Source: Mytilus trossulus
Lineage: Eukaryota
Reading direction: 5' to 3'
DNA length: 64,000 nucleotides
Assembly (NCBI RefSeq): GCF_036588685.1
Contig: NC_086383.1
Location: 54,994,001-55,058,000 of the forward strand
Both the position numbers and the translations under genes were made by a program. Positions 1 through 12,300 of this stretch are shown piece by piece. The stretch's first letter is position 1. Each line of letters begins with the position of its first letter. The notes beneath the pieces were generated by a model. The model was not told the origin of the DNA. It was given only the letters and a program-made list of their open reading frames with translations, and made no database searches.

Positions 1-322
1 AGAAATTCTTAGATTAAACACCTACATTAAACTTTAAAAGGTCATAACAGTTTAAAACAATACAAATCTACACACACACAAAAACTAGCTTAATTTCAAA
101 TGGTTATCAACCTGAATCGCTATAAGATTATATATAAGCTCACCTGTGTCGAGGGGTCTTGTGAGGTTCGTGTATTGTCTTGGCGTCCGCAATTACAAAA
201 ATATCTTTTCTGAAATTACTTGACCAAATGTTACCAAATGATTTTTCAAGAGTGAATCTAGGAAAAACAATATTCATCAACAAACATGACCACTGTCTGT
301 TAAAATGTATTCGAGTTTTTAG

Positions 323-565
323 TTACAGCCGATTCCATCGAGTATATAGGCAAACATAATATCTTTGGTTAGCTTGCTTGTAAGCTAAACCGTACCCTCC
401 TTTCGAAGTAGCCTGGTCCTACAGACAGAAAGATGTGTCATTTGTCGGACTAGTATACTCTTAAAGTAGGGTAGTTTACATAACCTAACAATGACTTTTC
501 TGTTCATCAAGCAATATAACCAAAGATATTCCCTTTGTCTTCACACTCATTGAAATCGGCTTTAA
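323..565. mobile_element. Fold-back MITE, same family as 31135-31414
   Basis: Begins ttacagccgattccatcgag and ends cattgaaatcggcttta (inverted ends). The internal cgaagtagc...gtcctacagacaga...gtcggactagt is shared with the copy at 31.1-31.4 kb. Confidence 0.7.
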
Positions 566-3201
566 TATTGCAAAAGTTGAAGCAATTAGGGCAAAACTTT
601 CCGAGTAAAAAAGATCAAAATGTCTTTCTACCTTGCACATTTTAGAACATTCAGATCAGACAACGAAACTGGGTCCAGCAATATTTATAAGCAATTTAAG
701 ATTTTGACCCTCACAGTTTCCATTCACCTTCCATTCATGATAATTAAATTGAACTGTAAAACATTTCTTGATACTTTCTTAATTCCTTTGTAAGTTTCAT
801 GAAAACATAATTATGACAATAACTGTTGTGAGCACAAGATTCACTGCACACTTTTAACGTTCTGCTTCTTCAAACATTTAAATGTGATCTTAAGTTTTGA
901 GATTTTTAATCGACACGATTGAGATTTGTGTATATAAGAACATGGTTTATCTATAATATATTAGTTGAAAATGCGGCTTTGAACTAGCTTTCAGTACCTG
1001 CGAGCATTCGTTGTTCAATAATGTGTGTCTTTGTGTAATTATTTAATGTGATAAATTGTTTTGTTGGTACACCACTGTAACAATGAAGAAGGAAATGTGG
1101 AGGGTTGGTTGGGTGGAAGTGGGGAGGGGTATGCGGAGTGCTGACAAACATGTCTATGCGGCATGGGCTTTGATCATTGTTGAGGCATCAATGTAAGGGG
1201 CATTTAATATCTTAATAAAATTATTCTTATTTTAGATACTATATATTGTTCTCTGATATTGGACGAAAGATGTTGCCCTTTTATGTAACTATGTTATACA
1301 AGTTACGATCATTTGAAAACACATATTAAACAGCCAAATGGATGCACAAGAGCTAAATAGGAGTAATAGATCCTATTGACAACAAGTATCTGCCCAATTT
1401 TATTGATTTTGTAACATTTGTTTCAAATATGACCAACTTCTAATCCAAAATCACCAGCACCGTATCAGGACCCACCAGCACAATGACAGGACCCACCAGC
1501 ACAGTATCAGGACATGAGTAAATTGAGAAAATGCTAAATTTTTATAAATTGCAATGTTTTTTTTACAAAATAGTTTTGTCGTATGGATTGCGGTATAGAA
1601 AGCGGACTCTATAAGCATTTTTGTTTAATTTTTTCAGTTCGAGATTTTCTGAAAATGAGCATTTTTGTGTTACGCTTACTGAAACAGTTTAGAGGGTCAA
1701 CTTCTCAATGGTTTACATATAAACCCATAAGAAACAAAATTGAAAAATCTCAACTGTTTTCTTCCTTTTTTTTTTTAAGTGAAAACGTCAAAAATCATCA
1801 TTTTCGTCTTTGTTTACATTTTTTAATTGATCACCAGCACCCGTCAGGACCGAATCACCAGCACAGTACGTTCTCTCGCAGGACAACCATACCCACCGTG
1901 GAATTTAAAGCATCATGGGTAATTTCATTGTTCGTACCTCAAAATGAAAATAACGTCACGTCATTGGTTAAATTTCCATTGTTTAGGACGTTTTGATGTA
2001 CACTTTTGAAAATGATATTACCCAGGATGCATTAGATTCTGAAATGGCGAATTAACAAAAAGTCATCAAACCGTATGATTTTTTTTTTTTTGCACATGTG
2101 TATGTTTTGTCTTTTCATGCCTATGGTGAATGAGTAAATATTTTGAGACATTGACTGCTAGGTAAACGTATCTAAAAACATTCTTTCCATCCTCAAATTC
2201 CCTTATTAAAAATCACACATGTTTGCGTCATAATGATTATAATTTGTGTTGTACAAGATGTCTAAAACATAAATTCATTGATTTAATGTATCAAATTCAT
2301 GTACTTTTGTCTTAAAGTACTTTATAATCAGTCGTAAGGTTGTTTGAGGTTAGAGTGTAAGAAGTCGAACGTCAGACATATACATTTATTTCAGGAAGTA
2401 GAAAATATTATGTTCAGGGTGTTTAGATCTCGAGTTCGGATATTTATTGATTTTGGTACAACAAGATTTGTCTTTTGCAGTTTTGACTTTTTTTCTTGTC
2501 TTGTACAATTGTACATGGTAACCACAAGAAAGAACTCACAATACCAACTTCTGTATGTTTTTAATTAAATGGAAAAAAAAAACGTGGTAGGATTGTCAAT
2601 AAAATAAGTCTCCACCAGAGCCCAAATGACGTAGAAGATTAGCAACTATAGGTCACCTTTAACAATGAGCAAAACACGTACAGCATAGCAAGATATAATA
2701 AATGGCACCAAAAACCAATGTAAAAAATAAAACATAATCGAAAAATTGATATGAAAAAAAGAATGACCGACAACCACAGAACTACAGACTCCTGACGTGT
2801 TGCATTTTAATGTTGTGTCGTTTGTTTTCTCTTATTTTTGAGATATTAAGATAAGACGTGGCACGGTACTTGTTTATCCCAAATTCATATATTTGGTTTG
2901 GATGTTATATGTGTTTTTCTCGTGGGATTTTGTCTAATGCTTGGTCCGTTTCTGTGTGTGTTGCATTTCAGTGTTCATTGTTCATTGTTCTCCTCTTACA
3001 TTTAATGCGTTTCCCTCGGTTTTAGTTTGTTACCCCGATTTTGTTTTTTGTCCATGGATTTATGAGTTTTGAACAGCGGTATACTACTGTTGCCTTTATT
3101 TAGGACAAGCACATACAGAATGTGGCGGGGTTAAACAAATGTTCGGCGCGGTAATTATCCTCCTTATTAACATTGGACAGTAGTTTATCAGCTCATTATA
3201 T

Positions 3202-3494
3202 TATAGGGTTATTGCATGAATATTGGAGATATTGTCCCGAGTAGAATTTTATATTGCACGAGCTTGTGAGTGCAATACATGTTCTACGAGGGACAATATT
3301 CCCCGAGTTTCATGCAATAACCCTTTTATTGTATAGCAATATAATATTTGAAAGCAAAAATTGGTTTAAACTAAGATTTTAACGTTGATGACGTCATGAG
3401 TTTTGAAGATTTATTGCACTAGTGCAATATTAGAACTTATTGCACGCTAACTTTTGGTTAAAGTTCTGTGGGAAATATTATATTGATATACAAT
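3202..3494. mobile_element. Hairpin-bearing non-autonomous element; inverted partial copy at about 10915-11210
   Basis: gggttattgcatgaa...ttcatgcaataaccc folds back over about 120 nt; the matching reverse-complement sequence lies near 11120-11207. Confidence 0.6.
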
Positions 3495-3764
3495 AAAATT
3501 TGTTATTATATTCTTCCTAGATGTTACTGCACCAGTAAATTGCAAAGGTTTCTGTGCATTTGAGTGCATCCGTCAAAATAGGGTCTACGGAAATGTGGAG
3601 GACCCTACTGTTCGCGAAACTGTGACAAGTATTGACCCAACAGTATCAGTAACAAAAAAAAATGGAGCTGAGGTAGCTGTGTCAAAAACGTCTGTATGTT
3701 TTATCAGATCAAGACCATTTACCCTTATGAGGCAAGTAAAATTATTCAATTAGCATTTAAAAAT

Positions 3765-4045
3765 AGATATAGGAAGATGTGGTATGAGTGCCAATGAGAC
3801 AACTCTCCATCTAAATAACAATTTATAAAAGTAAACCATTATAGGTCAAGGTACGGCCTTCAACATGGGGCCTTGGCTCACACCGAACAGCAAGCTATAT
3901 AAATGGCCCCAAAAATTACTAATGTAAAACCATTCAAACGGAAAAACCAACAGTCTATAATCTATATAAAAACGGGAAACGTGAAACACGTATGAACTAC
4001 ACACAGACGACAACTTCTGTACATCAGATTCCTGACTTAGGACAG
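3765..4045. repeat. Abundant dispersed repeat (SINE-like, class uncertain)
   Basis: Starts with aagatgtggtatgagtgccaatgagacaact. Related copies or fragments lie at about 2585, 11498, 24785, 41100, 42335, 57010 and 60740. Confidence 0.75.
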
Positions 4046-4448
4046 GTGCAAACATTTACAGCGGAAATGTATGTGTTTTATTTGATATGATGGTTGTTTT
4101 CATTTATGTTAGAGCGCATTGAGGTAGTGGTAAGATCGCAATGTTCGCTGTACAATCGTAGTGAGCGAGTGGCGTTAGCGCTTCTAGTCTGAGAGACTTC
4201 GCACGATTTTACAACGACCTTTCTACGACCATCACGTTATCACTACAACCCAACTACGCCTCCAATACGACTATACCATGTTTATACCACGCTGTTCAAG
4301 ACCATAGTATGATTCTAGAACACACATGCCGTCCCCATCACGCTCTTCTTACGACCTGACTACGGTCATACTACGACCATCATGCTCATTTTTGTTTTCA
4401 CATGAAATACAAATGTATATAAAGAGGGGCAATACCTCTTTATGTTAA

Positions 4449-5456
4449 GGATGTCTGCTTGTCATGTTTTGGAATTTTTGTCAGATTTTCGGAATCCTCT
4501 GGTTTTATCCATTTGAATGCCTTAAAAAGATCCCCATGAACAGCTATTTTTCTTTTTATTAATCTTGCACATGTATAATTATAAGTCATTTGTAAAAGTC
4601 TTACATAATTTTATTTATTGTTTAATAGCATTTGAGAACTGTAACTGGTCAATGATAAAGCTATAAAAAATCAAGAGAGAACATTTTCCCGCCAAAATTT
4701 CAATGGCTAATATCTCGAAAACAAGCACATTAACCAATTTATTTTCTATCAATAGATACTTGTTTTATGCAGCCCAGTAGCCAGTACTTCGGTACTGGCA
4801 TGAAAATACGGATTTTTTGTGTTATTAAAATTTGCTGTTACAAGATATATGAAATTATTATAAATTAAGGAATGTATCTCCCTCATGCAAAGCTCTGATT
4901 CCTTTCACGAATTTGGCTATACTTTTTGGACCTTTTGGGTTATAGCTCTTCATCTTTTATATAAGCTTTGGATTTGAAATATTTTGGCCACGAGCATCAC
5001 TGAAGAGACATGTATTGTCGAAATGCGCATCTGGTGCAAGAAAATTGGTACCGTTAATTTTATTACTACCACTGGGTCGATGCCTCTGCTGGTGGACTAT
5101 AAGTCCCCGAGGGTATCACCAGCCCAGTAGCCAGTACTTCCGTGCTGGCATGAAAATACGGATTTTTTGTGTTATTAAAATTTGCTGTTACAAAATATAT
5201 GAAATTATTATAAATTAAGGAATGTATCTTCCTCATGCAAAGCTCTGATTCCTTTCACGAATTTGGCTATACTTTTTGGACCTTTTGGATTATAGCTCTT
5301 CATCTTTTATATAAGCTTGGATTTCAAATATTTTGGCCACGAGCATCACTGAAGAGATATGTATTGTCGAAATGCGCATCTGGTGCAAGAAAATTGATAC
5401 TGTTAATTTTATATTTATGAAAAGTTATTCATTTTGAATCTGAGCAGCAAACATCC
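4449..5456. mobile_element. Kolobok-like non-autonomous DNA transposon containing a nested ~350-bp tandem duplication
   Basis: TTAA|GGATGTCTGCT ... AGCAAACATCC|TTAA. Internal direct repeat 4770-5060 vs 5120-5410. Confidence 0.7.
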
Positions 5457-6019
5457 TTAACATGTTTTGGCCTTTTTCAAGGTGTTGTTAAACTGTCATC
5501 TGAGATAAATTTAAACTGTTAACTGTTATCAGCATTTTTGCATTTGTTGTTAACTGTTTTTGCCAAAGTCAAGGTGTTGTTAACATGTTTTTTGCCGCCG
5601 GCCCCCTTTCTATAAAAGCTCTGCATGTTTTGTGGTGAGCGTGGTGCGATCGTCGGAAAGTGTGGGGCTTTAACAAAAAACGACAGGAAATAGCGTGCAC
5701 CTTCATCAACTTCATTAAAATTATCAATTTCATACACTTTGCGGTCTTGAATAATAAACCTGTAAGTTCTATAAAACTCACTTAATCACCACCCCATCTA
5801 AAATCATGAAAAGGATAGTACATTTGTAAAAAAAAAAGTTCTTATTATCATGTCTTGATATTTTGTACAAGTATCATTTTATACTAGTCAAAACATACAT
5901 ATAGTGCCTAAGACTTACTTAATATGAGAGTTTTTAACGATCATGTCTGGCTATAAAGCCCTCGGACGCTAAGCTATTATAGTTAATTTAACACCATGTT
6001 TACATATATTTTTTTATAA

Positions 6020-6616
6020 AAGGAGAAGGAAGGTCCAGTAAGACCCCTTTTTGGCCCCAAAATATAGCAGTTTTACAAAATTGTTAAATTGTAAACTTTT
6101 AATTATTTATTGGACATAAGAATGCTTCTGTTACATAAATATGGGCTGTTTTTGACAATACAATGCAAATATATCAGGTACTATCACCATAAAATCATGC
6201 TTAATTACTGAAATCTTCACAATTCTGTCATTTTAGTTAAATGTTAGAAGGCTTTCGTGTGAAACGAAAGTGGCCGCATTCGTATTCATCCTTAATATTG
6301 AAATGTAAGTTGTATTTTATGATAATACAAAACATATATAATAAAGGTTAAAGATGAACACGGATGCGGCCACTCTCATTTTTGACAAAAACCATCTGAA
6401 AGGTGACATTATCGGCGTATTTGGTAGATTTTTCATATTTGAGCTTCAAGTTGATTCGGATCGTTTTTAATGACTAAATTAGTTAAAATCTTTCACATAA
6501 ACTACTTGATTCAAATGAAATAGACACTTTTAAAGTGTTTAAAAAGTGGTCAAAATCTTTCGTCGGATGAACCTGAAATTTGAGGCCAAAATCGGTCCTT
6601 ACCGGACCTACTCCTT
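6020..6616. mobile_element. TIR non-autonomous DNA transposon (Kolobok-like)
   Basis: The left end aaggag..aggtccagtaagaccc..tttggccccaaa matches the reverse complement of the right end tttgaggccaaaatcggtccttaccggacctactcctt. Confidence 0.6.
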
Positions 6617-6927
6617 TTTAAATATATTGTTTTATGGGTGGGTCTCTAGTGACAATTCTGCTGTACCATATTTTACAGACTTTTATTTGTACTAGTTTAG
6701 ATATGGTCCATGTTGCTTATTGTTTATCTAGTATTTTATGGATTGTTATCATTTTTTTTGTCATATCGAATGCCGTCGACTTTTTAATTAAAATACCTCT
6801 CTGACGCCCCTCTTTTAAAAGTAAAATGAAGTGCTAAAATAATTCATAGCTGCTGTAGTTATTCGTTTATGTACCTGCTATCTAATAAAATGGAAAGAAT
6901 TCAAACTGAAAACAAAAATTAGAAATC

Positions 6928-7024
6928 CAATCTAATTAAAACCGATCTCTCATCGCTCCCTCTTTCTGATATGTCGCGTGGGTCAAAAACAAGAGCGATG
7001 AAAAATCGGATTTTAATTAGATTG
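6928..7024. mobile_element. ~97-bp fold-back MITE with near-perfect 9-bp TSD (MULE-like)
   Basis: ttagaaatc|caatctaattaaaaccgat...atcggattttaattagattg|ttagaaaac; related to 52864-52962. Confidence 0.7.
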
Positions 7025-8264
7025 TTAGAAAACAAAACAGTTTTACTGGCCATGATATAAAACTGCTATATTTCCGTTGTCTATGATGTTGTCTCAATGC
7101 TGTTGTTTTATTTACAGACGGGATATTCCAGACAACAACACACATTCTGAATACAGATGTTCTAAAAACACGAATTGTGACGCCTCCGGTGATATTTTAA
7201 CATTCTTCCAATCTCCTTGGAGTAAGATAAGAACCATTACATGTTTTATAATATAGAAATACAGGAGATATATATTGGCCACATGCTGACAAATCTACTC
7301 ATAACTAAAGAATATGTTACATTTGGATAACATTTTGTAATGATTAATTTATTTTTTCATTTTTGTTCGTGAATTTGACTTTTAGTAGGAGGAAAATATA
7401 AAGTTGAAGTATTTTCTCCGAAAAACTTTAATGAAGAAAAAACTGTTTCACAAGTTACAGCTTAAAACAGCTTAAACGCATACGCCTAACGGGCAAGATT
7501 AACATCATGTAATGTAATCGAATTATCTATCAACAGTTCCGTAAAACATGGACGCAAACCACGTGACGCAAACGTCTGCGTTGAATACCTATTGATGGCA
7601 TTGGGTGCTGTCTTTTACTTTGACACACTATACGTTTCCTTTTTCTATGCTTTACTGAATGAATATTACAAAATATTTTTAATCCAATTGCAGAAGTGTT
7701 TCTAAACAACCCTCATTTCTGTGACGTCTGCAATGGTGTTGATTTGTCGTCCAGGCTTGTCATGTTAGGTAAATATTCTTTAAAGTTGTAACAAGAAACT
7801 TTCTTTTTCAAACAGAACTATGTAAACAAATCATTAGACATTATATTACATACATATGCATAATCACTTTTCAATGCCGCTCTTTTTCTAATTTTAGAAC
7901 ATGGGAGACACAAGAGCAAAGAAATTTCAAATTAGGGATCAAATTGAAAGGTTGTATACCTACGAATTCAAATTCGGACGAATTACAAATTATTGTCTTG
8001 CAAGATTTGGTTTCCAGTTTTTCTGTATTTTTATTTTTTAATGGTCCATTTAACTATATTAATTCGGATAAACCCCATAGACACACTCCTACATAAAACA
8101 AAATGCGATAACAAGTCTAGCCGATAGTATTAAATATGAAGCTTCATGTAAATGAAGTGTCTTGCATTCTGTGCATAAAAGAACATTTTCAAAAAGTAGT
8201 TGAGTATCTGAGCATGACCTGTTGCAAGGGCGAATATATTCCCTACCTTATTTTAAAATAACCT

Positions 8265-9235
8265 CCTTTTCCAGTCAATCGGTAATTCTCTGTTGAATCT
8301 GCTACTCTCCTTCTTAGGGTACGGAATCGGCCGAGTTGTGACGAATGCTTTTCCAATATCAAGTGGTAATCCTCGGGTGAATCCGCTACTCTCCTTCTTA
8401 GGGTACGGAAACGGCCGAGTTGATACGAATGCTTTTCCAATATCAAGTGGTAATCCTCGGGTGAATCCGCTACTCTCCTTCTTAGGGTACGGAAACGGCC
8501 GAGTTGATACGAATGCTTTTCCAATATCAAGTGGTAATCCTCGGGTGAATCCGCTACTCTCCTTCTTAGGGTACGGAAACGGCCGAGTTGATACGAATGC
8601 TTTTCCAATATCAAGTGGTAATCCTCGGGTGAATCCGCTACTCTCCTTCTTAGGGTACGGAAACGGCCGAGTTGATACGAATGCTTTTCCAATATCAAGT
8701 GGTAATCCTCGGGTGAATCCGCTACTCTCCTTCTTAGGGTACGGAAACGGCCGAGTTGATACGAATGCTTTTCCAATATCAAGTGGTAATCCTCGGGTGA
8801 ATCCGCTACTCTCCTTCTTAGGGTACGGAAACGGCCGAGTTGATACGAATGCTTTTCCAATATCAAGTGGTAATCCTCGGGTGAATCCGCTACTCTCCTT
8901 CTTAGGGTACGGAAACGGCCGAGTTGATACGAATGCTTTTCCAATATCAAGTGGTAATCCTCGGGTGAATCCGCTACTCTCCTTCTTAGGGTACGGAAAC
9001 GGCCGAGTTGATACGAATGCTTTTCCAATATCAAGTGGTAATCCTCGGGTGAATCCGCTACTCTCCTTCTTAGGGTACGGAAACGGCCGAGTTGATACGA
9101 ATGCTTTTCCAATATCAAGTGGTAATCCTCGGGTGAATCCGCTACTCTTCTTCTTATGGTATGGAATCGGCCGAATTGATACGAATGCTATTCTAGTCAA
9201 TCCGCAATCCTCGAGTGAACCTGCTTCTCTTCTTC
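8265..9235. repeat. 84-bp minisatellite, about 11.5 nearly identical copies
   Basis: gaatgcttttcc recurs at 8343, 8427, 8511 ... 9099 (exact 84-nt period) with degenerate edge units. Three long repetitive ORFs cross it. Confidence 0.97.
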
Positions 9236-9398
9236 GATCTAAATTTAACTGGTCAATCTACTTTGCTGAAACTTTCTTTAATATTTTCTAATTTCTTCTA
9301 GTTTTAAATATACATGAAATCCGTCCCACTGAACGTTTTTGTTTTTTTATACATGCCATTATGTTATTTGATTTGTTTTTTTGTATTTCATTTTTTAG

Positions 9399-12300
9399 AT
9401 GTGAAAGTCCGTGAGTATTTTATTCTTCTTACATTTTGTCAGATTGTAATGTTTTACTTCAGAGGCTATTATAATGAACGTAATAACATATAAGCGAAAC
9501 TAGATTACAGATTTGTGGGAAAATCAACGATCGATAAGAATATTATATTTAAATAGCATTATTCAGAGGAATCAGAAAAGGGGGAAAGGGGAAGGCAATA
9601 AGAAAGAAAAAAGAGGTACTTAAATATATAAATATTTTCACGATTTGTTCAGTTCATTGCCGTTTAACTCAAGATTTTTAGTTAATTGGTAATTTTTTGT
9701 TTCTGCGTAAGGTATACAATTGATGATATGATAGGAATTATTAAGAATCTTTATTAGTATAAATTAACATACAATGACATCATCAACGACATTGATACTA
9801 CATAATATCGAACGCAGAAAAAAAACAGTAAAGTAAACTTCTGAACTATATAAGGTACGGGAAAACAGTTATCGTCCCTTTCCGAATTAATTTCTTCATG
9901 TTTTTACATTATAGATCTACCATCTTGACTATTTTCTCTCGGAATATGTTTTTTTTTATCTATATAAAGTAGTCAACAAAAGAAACGATACACGACTTTG
10001 AAATAAAATTTATCAAAAAGTATTAAATATAAAACAAAATGAGATACACTATTTTAAAAAGCTTTCATTTGCAATTTGTTTGCACATGTGATAATAAAAA
10101 TCAAAACTTGTTGGAAAGTATCTAAATTCCGTGTAAACGATCATAGTGTGCAAATTAGTTTTGCGGAAAGTTGAATGAAAAATCGACACATAATTTTCTA
10201 AGTATTGAAAAAAAATCAAATTTGTTAAAAAATCTTCAATTTGCTAATCAAGTTATGTTCATGTTGTAACTAATGGCTTGAATGATGGTTTTTCAATTTT
10301 TTGGGAAAAAAGTGTTTTTTGAAATCTTTTATTTTTTTTTATTTTTGTCTCAAATCAATGCTTTAGATATGAAACAACACACAGTAAATTTGGAACCTTT
10401 CGGATTAGTTTTAAGATTGTTGCCGCTTTTTGAATATCACTTTACACATACTGTCTATGGTAAATCAGTTGATAAATGTATACATTTCAACGATTTCTCG
10501 TGGGGCCGAACTTTGCCTTTAAAATAAACGAAGAAACTGTATGATTTTTAAAAACAATTTGATGGCAAACACTGTCTTTACCTTCAAATGAGAGGTTGGC
10601 ATCCTTAGTTAGAACTTCTGTTTTTAAAATTGTCGTTTTATGTTAATTTTGTAAAAAAAAACAAATCGCGAAAAACGTCACGAAAGCAAAACATTTTTTT
10701 TTTTTTAAACGGATTTATGATTCCATAATGATTAAGTATTAATACCTTCAATATTGGTCCAATGAACGGAAAACTTTATCTTTTATTTGAAAAAAAATCT
10801 TGTATCGTTTCTTTTGTCGACTAGTATATATATATACATAATTATAATAGTTTTACGTGTATATATTATTATATATTGTTTTTCAGATTGTGAAATACGT
10901 AAGTATAATGAATATTATTGTATAGCAATATAATATTTCCCACAGAAAGTAATCAAAATTTAGCGTGCAATAAGTATAGATTATCATATACTTGAATGAA
11001 ATATGACTAAAATTTTACAGTTCAATAACTATGCTATGACAGGATTACTAGGTATATCCATCAGATTCCTACGAATTTCCTCAGTGGGCTGATAAAGGAA
11101 CCTTTATTGACTGCTTGCAAGAATATTGGGAAATATTGTCCCTCGTAGCTCGTGCAATATAAAATTCTACTCGGGATAATATTCCCCAATATTTCATCAA
11201 TAACCTATATAATAGGAAATCTATATTTCTATTTTTATTTCTTTTTCTTGATCATATGTTGTATGCGATTGATACATTATATCTACATGTAGCTGCAATC
11301 GCTCTTTTTGTCTTTACCTTTCAAAATTCGACACACAAAAAAAATATAAGTATAAATAAAAAACAACCCACAAAAAAATTATAAGTATAAATAAAAAACA
11401 AAACAACAACGTTTAATTATCAAGAGGGGGCGAAAGATACCAGAGAAAACAGTCAACATTATAAATCCAATTATGATATGAATAGAACATAAGTAGCTTG
11501 TTGTTCGGTGTGAGCCAAGGCTCCGTGTTGACGGCCGTACATTGCCCTATAATGGTTTACTTTTATAAATTGTTATTTGGATGGAGAGTTGTCTCATTGG
11601 CACTCATACCACATATTCCTACATCTATTAAAAGCTGCATGAAATATTGTTTTAGGGAGCTACCATTTATATTTTTACAAGGATAAAATTTTAAAAAGAA
11701 GCAGGACAGGAGTTTTGAGTAAAATCAAATGGTAGCTCCCTTAGTACTATCGGGTAGGTCAAGTGTGTCAGCTGATTAGAGTAAACTTGAGAGTTTAGAA
11801 TAAGAAACTTAGAAAATCTGCATTAATAAAACGATAGCAATTATCTGCCAATTGTCGGTATGATTTTTTTCCTGTTTAATTGTACTTGTTCATTTTCTTT
11901 TGCAAGATATTGATGAAAATCGTCGACCAACGAAAATCTGTGGCAGAACTGTACCTAAAGGTAAGAAAATAACTTAAGGATGTACTGAGAAGAAGTTAAG
12001 GATTTTTTTTTCGAATCTTCGGACTCATTGGATTTTCCCTTCGATACAGGATAAAATATTTTGCTCTATACCAACTATTTTTCTTTTCATATAAGACTTC
12101 AATTATAGCTCATGAAAGATGATTAACCAAAATTTAAGCAGGTTGTTGATTTATTTTCTTTCGATTTGAAACCCAATACCAATGCAAATGTAAGGTAAAA
12201 GTCCGGGTCACCCTTTCCCTTCACTTTTAGAAACTTAAAAATATCGAAAAGAAGATTGAAAACCTATCAATATTTGTAGCTTACTTTTTTCTTATCTAAT

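Larger units (their letters stand above)
2481..7950 (+). pseudogene. Cys-rich exon series with frame lesions; possible 5' part of the foot-protein-like gene
   Basis: Splice-bounded candidates: 2481-2517 (signal-peptide-like LTFFLSCTIVH, needs one fewer T in a poly-T), 3521-3731 (VTAPVNCKGFCAFEC..., GC donor AG|GCAAGT), 7118-7221 (RDIPDNNTHSEYRCSKNTNCD...), 7694-7768 (KVFLNNPHFCDVCNG...), 7898-7950. Phases join consistently from 3521 to 7898. The last exon is 53 nt and hits TAG at 7933 unless one base is restored. Confidence 0.4.

Noticed and set aside
1583-1996. 137-aa ORF
   Set aside because: No recognisable domain; it spans poly-T and repeat-like sequence.
3630-3675. In-frame TGA codons at Cys-like positions read as selenocysteine
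   Set aside because: This reading also needs a frameshift, and I could not identify a SECIS element. Decay or an alternative open frame is simpler.
8265-9235. Regular repeat arrays (also 15.7-17.2, 18.3-20.5 and 44.0-45.2 kb) as CRISPR arrays
   Set aside because: Units are contiguous with no unique spacers, there are no cas genes, and the context is eukaryotic and intron-rich.
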